Shown one piece after another: positions 59,833 to 64,000 of a stretch of DNA of 64,000 nt (the stretch's first letter is position 1; each line of letters opens with the position of its first letter). The position numbers and the translations under genes are program-made. Source of the stretch: Hadesarchaea archaeon. Lineage in GTDB: Archaea > Hadarchaeota > Hadarchaeia > Hadarchaeales > WYZ-LMO6. The stretch is from the NCBI GenBank assembly GCA_029259185.1, contig JAPDJF010000001.1, forward strand, positions 32,001 through 96,000. Direction: 5' to 3'. The notes below the pieces were generated by a model. It saw only the letters and a program-made list of their open reading frames with translations, searched no databases and had not been told where the DNA came from.

Positions 59833-59929
59833 GCCAATGTTGGTCTTCCCCTCTCCGATAGAGTTAAAATGGGTTCAAACTTAAGTTATAAGCTAGAGCC
59901 TGATGAAGGAAACGGAAGGAGGTGTTTGA

Positions 59930-60301
59930 TTGTCCAAACCAATGTATGTACGCTTCGATGTTCCCAAAGATGTGGTGGAAAAAGTTTACGATGCGGTTGA
60001 GGGGGCTAGGAAGACCGGGAAGATAAGAAAGGGCGTGAATGAAGTTGTCAAAGCTGTTGAGCGAAAACAGGCCAAACTGGTAGTGATCGCGGAGGATGTG
60101 GATCCTCCAGAGGTGGTGGCTCATTTGCCTCCGCTGTGTGATGAGCGCGGGGTTCCGTACGTGTACGTACCTAAAAAGCTTGAACTCGGTGCGGCAGCCG
60201 GCATAGATGTATCCGCGGCAGCAGTCGCGGTCGTAGAACCCGGTGAGGTCGAATCTTCGGTGAAGGAAATAATCTCGAAGGTTAAAGACCTCAAGCGATG
60301 A
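59930..60301 (+). CDS. rpl7ae: 50S ribosomal protein eL8 (L7Ae)
   Basis: KG.NE..KAVER..AKLV.IAEDV.P motif. Confidence 0.98.
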   Translation: MSKPMYVRFDVPKDVVEKVYDAVEGARKTGKIRKGVNEVVKAVERKQAKLVVIAEDVDPPEVVAHLPPLCDERGVPYVYVPKKLELGAAAGIDVSAAAVAVVEPGEVESSVKEIISKVKDLKR

Positions 60302-60305
60302 TGCG

Positions 60306-60524
60306 ATGCCTGAGGAGCACCACGTAGGCTATCCTGCCGAGGTTCTTCAGATAAGGACCCGCACCGGAGTGACTGGAGAGGTTAAACAAGTTAGGTGTAG
60401 GGTCTTGGAGGGACCCGATAAGGGAAGGATTCTAACGAGGAACGTGAAGGGACCAGTCAAGGTTGGGGACATACTGATGTTAAGGGAGACCGAGCGAGAG
60501 GCTAAGGAGATAAGGGTGCCTTGA
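60306..60524 (+). CDS. rps28e: 30S ribosomal protein eS28
   Basis: RTG..GE..QV...RNVKGPV..GD.L.L.ETEREA motif. Confidence 0.97.
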   Translation: MPEEHHVGYPAEVLQIRTRTGVTGEVKQVRCRVLEGPDKGRILTRNVKGPVKVGDILMLRETEREAKEIRVP

Positions 60525-60724
60525 TGCCGACATCCTTCAAGTGCTCTTTTTGCGACGGGAGGATCGCTCCCGGTACCGGGACGATGTTCGTTAGAAGAGA
60601 TGGGAGCATTCTCTATTTCTGTTCGTCGAAGTGTGAGAGGAATTTTAAGCTCGGTAGAAAACCGGAAAAAGTGCGTTGGACTAGGAAGTTTCTCCGGAAG
60701 AAGGACGCCACCGTTAAAGGTTAA
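60521..60724 (+). CDS. rpl24e: 50S ribosomal protein eL24
   Basis: CSFC..I.PG.G...FCSSKC...WT motif. Confidence 0.97.
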   Translation: MMPTSFKCSFCDGRIAPGTGTMFVRRDGSILYFCSSKCERNFKLGRKPEKVRWTRKFLRKKDATVKG

Positions 60725-60729
60725 TGAAT

Positions 60730-61123
60730 GTGCTTTTTCAAATCGACGATGAGGGCCTGAGTATCCGTTCGCTTCAGCCTTATCCCCTTCTCATGCGCAA
60801 AATTGAGTTCGGAGGCAGGCGGTTGTAGAGCCACCTGCAAAGTGTCATGTGTCGGTTCAGAGCGCGCTCGGCTGTCTTTGAAGGATACAGGCGGAACCTA
60901 TGGCTAAGCACGCCCCTGCCCCACTTCTTTCTTCATCAGCTCCGCTATTGCTTCATTGATGGTCTTGTCCTTCGTTATGGTCCGCTTGAATTCCTCCCCC
61001 CAACCTATCTTCAACCGTGATGGTGTATTTCGTCATCACAATATGTTACTACAAACTACTATATATGCGCTCCACCTCTCATCTCCTCCCTTGCGGAAGG
61101 GACTTCCCGGCGGTGGAGTTAAA
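60730..61123 (-). mobile_element. Second, shorter remnant of the IS200/IS605-type element at 19610
   Basis: The reverse complement aligns with 19610-19991 from the same TTTAA-CTCCACCG boundary. Confidence 0.88.
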
Positions 61124-61155
61124 TCTGGGCTCGCATTGTATGAGCGGGGAGAAAA

Positions 61156-62943
61156 ATGAAACATCTCCGCTGTCCGATAGTTTCGATCCTCGGCCACGTA
61201 GATCACGGGAAGACGACTTTGCTGGACACAATTCGGGGGACAGCGGTTGCTTCGAGGGAACCTGGGAGGATAACCCAGTGGATAGGGGCCTCCGAGGTTC
61301 CGGCCGAGACCATCAAGAAGATATGTGGGAGATTGATGAAGAGATTGAGGATCGAGCTCGTAGTCCCGGGTTTGCTCTTCATCGATACCCCTGGGCACGA
61401 GGCGTTTACAAATCTTCGTCGACGCGGGGGAAGTCTTGCAGATCTTGCCATCCTAGTGGTCGACATAAAGGAGGGGTTCATGCCTCAGACTCTTGAGTCA
61501 CTCAACATCCTGAGGCTTTACAAGACTCCGTTCATGGTGGCCGTGAACAAAATAGATCTTCTACCTGGCTGGAAGCCGAGTCCGGGAGAGGGGTTCTTGG
61601 AAACTTTTTCCAAACAAACCGATCGTGTCCAAAACGCACTCGACGCTAAGTTGTACGAGTTCGTTGGCGAATTCCACCGACTGGGGTTTGACTCCGAGCG
61701 GTTTGATAGGGTGAGCGATTTCAGAAAGCAGGTCTCAATGGTTCCAGTCAGCGCGAAAACTGGGGAGGGGATCCCGGAGATGTTGGTGGTGCTCGCCGGC
61801 CTAGCTCAGCGTTTTCTCAGGCAGAGGTTGACTATCGAAGTTACCGGTCCAGCACGTGGAACGGTGCTTGAGGTGAAGGAAGAAGTGGGGCTAGGGATCG
61901 TTCTGGATGTCGTGATATACGACGGTAAGCTCTCCCGAGGTGATACGTTCGCTGTGGGGGGAAGGGACCGAGTTATAGTCTCGAAGGTCAGAGGGATCTT
62001 CAGACCGAAGCCATTGGATGAAATAAGGGATCCAGAAGATAGATTCGAAGGGGTCAAGACGGTTTATGCGGCTGCGGGTGTCAGAATTTCAGCGCCGGGA
62101 TTGGAGGGAGTCGTTGCAGGTACCCCGTTTTGGGTCATCGGAGATCCATCAGAGGCCCAACAGATGTGGCGAGAAATGGAGGAAGAGATGAGGCGTGTCA
62201 GGGTGAGTTCCGATATAAATGGGGTCGTGCTGAAAGCGGATACACTCGGCTCACTTGAGGCACTGGAGGGTCAGCTGAGGACGAAGAGTGTCCCCATCAG
62301 GCGGGCAGATGTTGGGGACATCTCCCGTAGAGATGTTGTGGAAGCCGCAACCGTGGCGAAAAGTGATCCGCTCTTAGGGGTTATCTTAGGCTTCAACGTC
62401 GGAGTGCTGCCGGATGCTTTAGAGGAAGCGAAACGGGAAAAGGTGGTGGTTCTCTTAGGAGATGTGATTTATCGGTTGATCGAGGATTTCGAGGAGTGGA
62501 GGGAGAAGAAACGAGAGGAGAGCAGGGAGGAAAAATTGTTGGGGTTCATTCGTCCTGCTAAATTCGTTATAAAGCCTGGTTACGTTTTCCGTAGGAGTTC
62601 TCCCGCTATAGTGGGGATAACGATGCTCGGGGGAGTACTCAGGCCGAGATACCCGGTGATGCGTAGGGATGGTAAGCGTGTTGGGGAAATCCGCGAGATC
62701 CAACGAGAAAGGAGAACGGTGCACGAGGCTAGACGAGGAGACGAGTTGGCAGTTTCCATCGAGGATGCAGTGGTGGGGAGGAACGTGCAAGAAGGCGAGA
62801 CCCTGTATACGGATATCCCGAGAGACCAAGCTGTGCGGCTGAACAGAGAGCTGAGGGACATCCTCGCTGGGGATGAAGCGGAGGTGCTGGGCGAAATAAT
62901 AAGCATCAAACAGAGAGGTGATCCAACCTACGGTGTGATGTAG
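61156..62943 (+). CDS. infB: Translation initiation factor aIF5B (IF-2)
   Basis: [20 protein letters not shown] and KADTLGSLEA motifs. Confidence 0.98.
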   Translation: MKHLRCPIVSILGHVDHGKTTLLDTIRGTAVASREPGRITQWIGASEVPAETIKKICGRLMKRLRIELVVPGLLFIDTPGHEAFTNLRRRGGSLADLAILVVDIKEGFMPQTLESLNILRLYKTPFMVAVNKIDLLPGWKPSPGEGFLETFSKQTDRVQNALDAKLYEFVGEFHRLGFDSERFDRVSDFRKQVSMVPVSAKTGEGIPEMLVVLAGLAQRFLRQRLTIEVTGPARGTVLEVKEEVGLGIVLDVVIYDGKLSRGDTFAVGGRDRVIVSKVRGIFRPKPLDEIRDPEDRFEGVKTVYAAAGVRISAPGLEGVVAGTPFWVIGDPSEAQQMWREMEEEMRRVRVSSDINGVVLKADTLGSLEALEGQLRTKSVPIRRADVGDISRRDVVEAATVAKSDPLLGVILGFNVGVLPDALEEAKREKVVVLLGDVIYRLIEDFEEWREKKREESREEKLLGFIRPAKFVIKPGYVFRRSSPAIVGITMLGGVLRPRYPVMRRDGKRVGEIREIQRERRTVHEARRGDELAVSIEDAVVGRNVQEGETLYTDIPRDQAVRLNRELRDILAGDEAEVLGEIISIKQRGDPTYGVM

Positions 62944-63066
62944 GATGGCCGTTTGGGGTCTAAGAGCTCCCCGCCTTAGGGAACGAATACTCTAGTGACG
63001 GAGACGGACGGAGTCAAAGTTTATAAATCAGCGGGATTAACTTCACCGGCCTCTTAGGTGGTAGCG

Positions 63067-63456
63067 ATGCTTAAAGTTGTGGTTGCCGACCCGAAGACGG
63101 GTAAGACATATCAGGTAGAGATCAAAGAATCCGCTGCGAGGAAACTCTTCGGCCTGAGGATCGGGGATAGATTCGAAGGCGCACTGGTAGACCTACCCGG
63201 ATACGAACTTCAGATCACGGGGGGAACGGATAGGGATGGGTTTCCCATGCGGCCGGATCTCCCGGGGCCTGGGCACGCAAGAGTGCTTCTCTCTGGTGGC
63301 CCGGGATACAGACCCAAGCGGAAGGGGGAGAGGAGAAGGAAGCGCGTGCATGGATGCGTGGTGGCTGAGGACATACGGCAACTCAACGTAAAAGTTGTGA
63401 AATATGGTGAAAAGGGTTTGGAGGAGCTGGTTAAACCGAAGGAAAAGAGGGAGTGA
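63067..63456 (+). CDS. rps6e: 30S ribosomal protein eS6
   Basis: ITGG.D.DGFPM and GERRRKRV.G motifs; TTTATAAA box at about 63020. Confidence 0.96.
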   Translation: MLKVVVADPKTGKTYQVEIKESAARKLFGLRIGDRFEGALVDLPGYELQITGGTDRDGFPMRPDLPGPGHARVLLSGGPGYRPKRKGERRRKRVHGCVVAEDIRQLNVKVVKYGEKGLEELVKPKEKRE

Positions 63457-63559
63457 CTTTCCCTCTCAGATTTTAGCATAGTAAATCCCGCATCAACCGA
63501 CACAGGATTTTTTCCGCTCTAGACAATTTCGCCTTTCTCAACAGTTCCAGAATTTATTG

Positions 63560-63855
63560 ATGACGGAAACCTTCCTTTCGACCTGAAAGGTGGCAAAGAT
63601 CTTCGGCGTACACCCGCTCACCGTAAGGAGGTGGGTACAAGAAGGAAAACTTCATCGGGATTTTGGAGCACTTCTTCACCGCTAACGGTGTCAGGATAGA
63701 GGTTGTAAACAGGGGTGAAGAGCGAATACCCAACGAGAGCTCGTGGGGGACTGATGAGGATCATAGCCAGCTTTGCTGGAAAGCTCTACGGGATGCGTTC
63801 ACACGAATACAAAGAGGTGGTGCGCGGTGCAGAAAAGCTCCTCGCAGGTTAGGGC
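63560..63855 (+). pseudogene. IS607-family serine-recombinase TnpA remnant (internally deleted, frameshifted)
   Basis: MerR-like VAKIFGVHPLTVRRWVQEGKL joined to the C-terminal IIASFAGKLYGMRSHEYKEV; the catalytic core is missing. Confidence 0.82.
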
Positions 63856-64000
63856 ATACGCGCAGGTCGGGGACTTCATAACGGCTTACCAAGCGTTGCT
63901 CCAGCTAGCCATAGACGAGGTATGGCAGCGCATTCGGTGGGTTGAGCGACCCGCGCGAGTGAAACGAAAGACTCCGCCATCAAGCATACTCGATCCTCCG

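Noticed and set aside
60956-61496. ORFs 60956-61159, 61017-61496 and 61036-61398
   Set aside because: Spurious frames across the IS remnant and infB.

Overview
A 64-kb archaeal chromosome segment with a Euryarchaeota-like gene set. The surface-protein style suggests Hadarchaeota/MSBL1-like, but that is inference only. It is mostly conserved housekeeping clusters: phosphate uptake; exosome/RNAP; TFS-PCNA-primase-GINS-ribosomal-aIF2a; QueC/NadE/GuaA; GlnA; MTA salvage; ligase; DacZ; Moco; non-oxidative PPP; KEOPS; isoprenoid; aIF5B. It also has two tRNAs, one with two BHB introns. The most unusual items are: (1) a three-copy family of TnpB-only elements which, unlike IS200/605/607, have terminal inverted repeats, 10-11 bp target duplications and a shared TTTCA target motif, and whose TnpB has a rearranged RuvC-II site; (2) an unannotated, heavily base-paired RNA-like element of about 295 nt with a candidate TATA box, lacking SRP and RNase P signatures; (3) a strong D/E-N dipeptide bias confined to predicted extracellular proteins. 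IS6-, IS605- and IS607-type remnants and candidate small RNAs are also present. All calls come from reading the sequence by eye; no searches were run.
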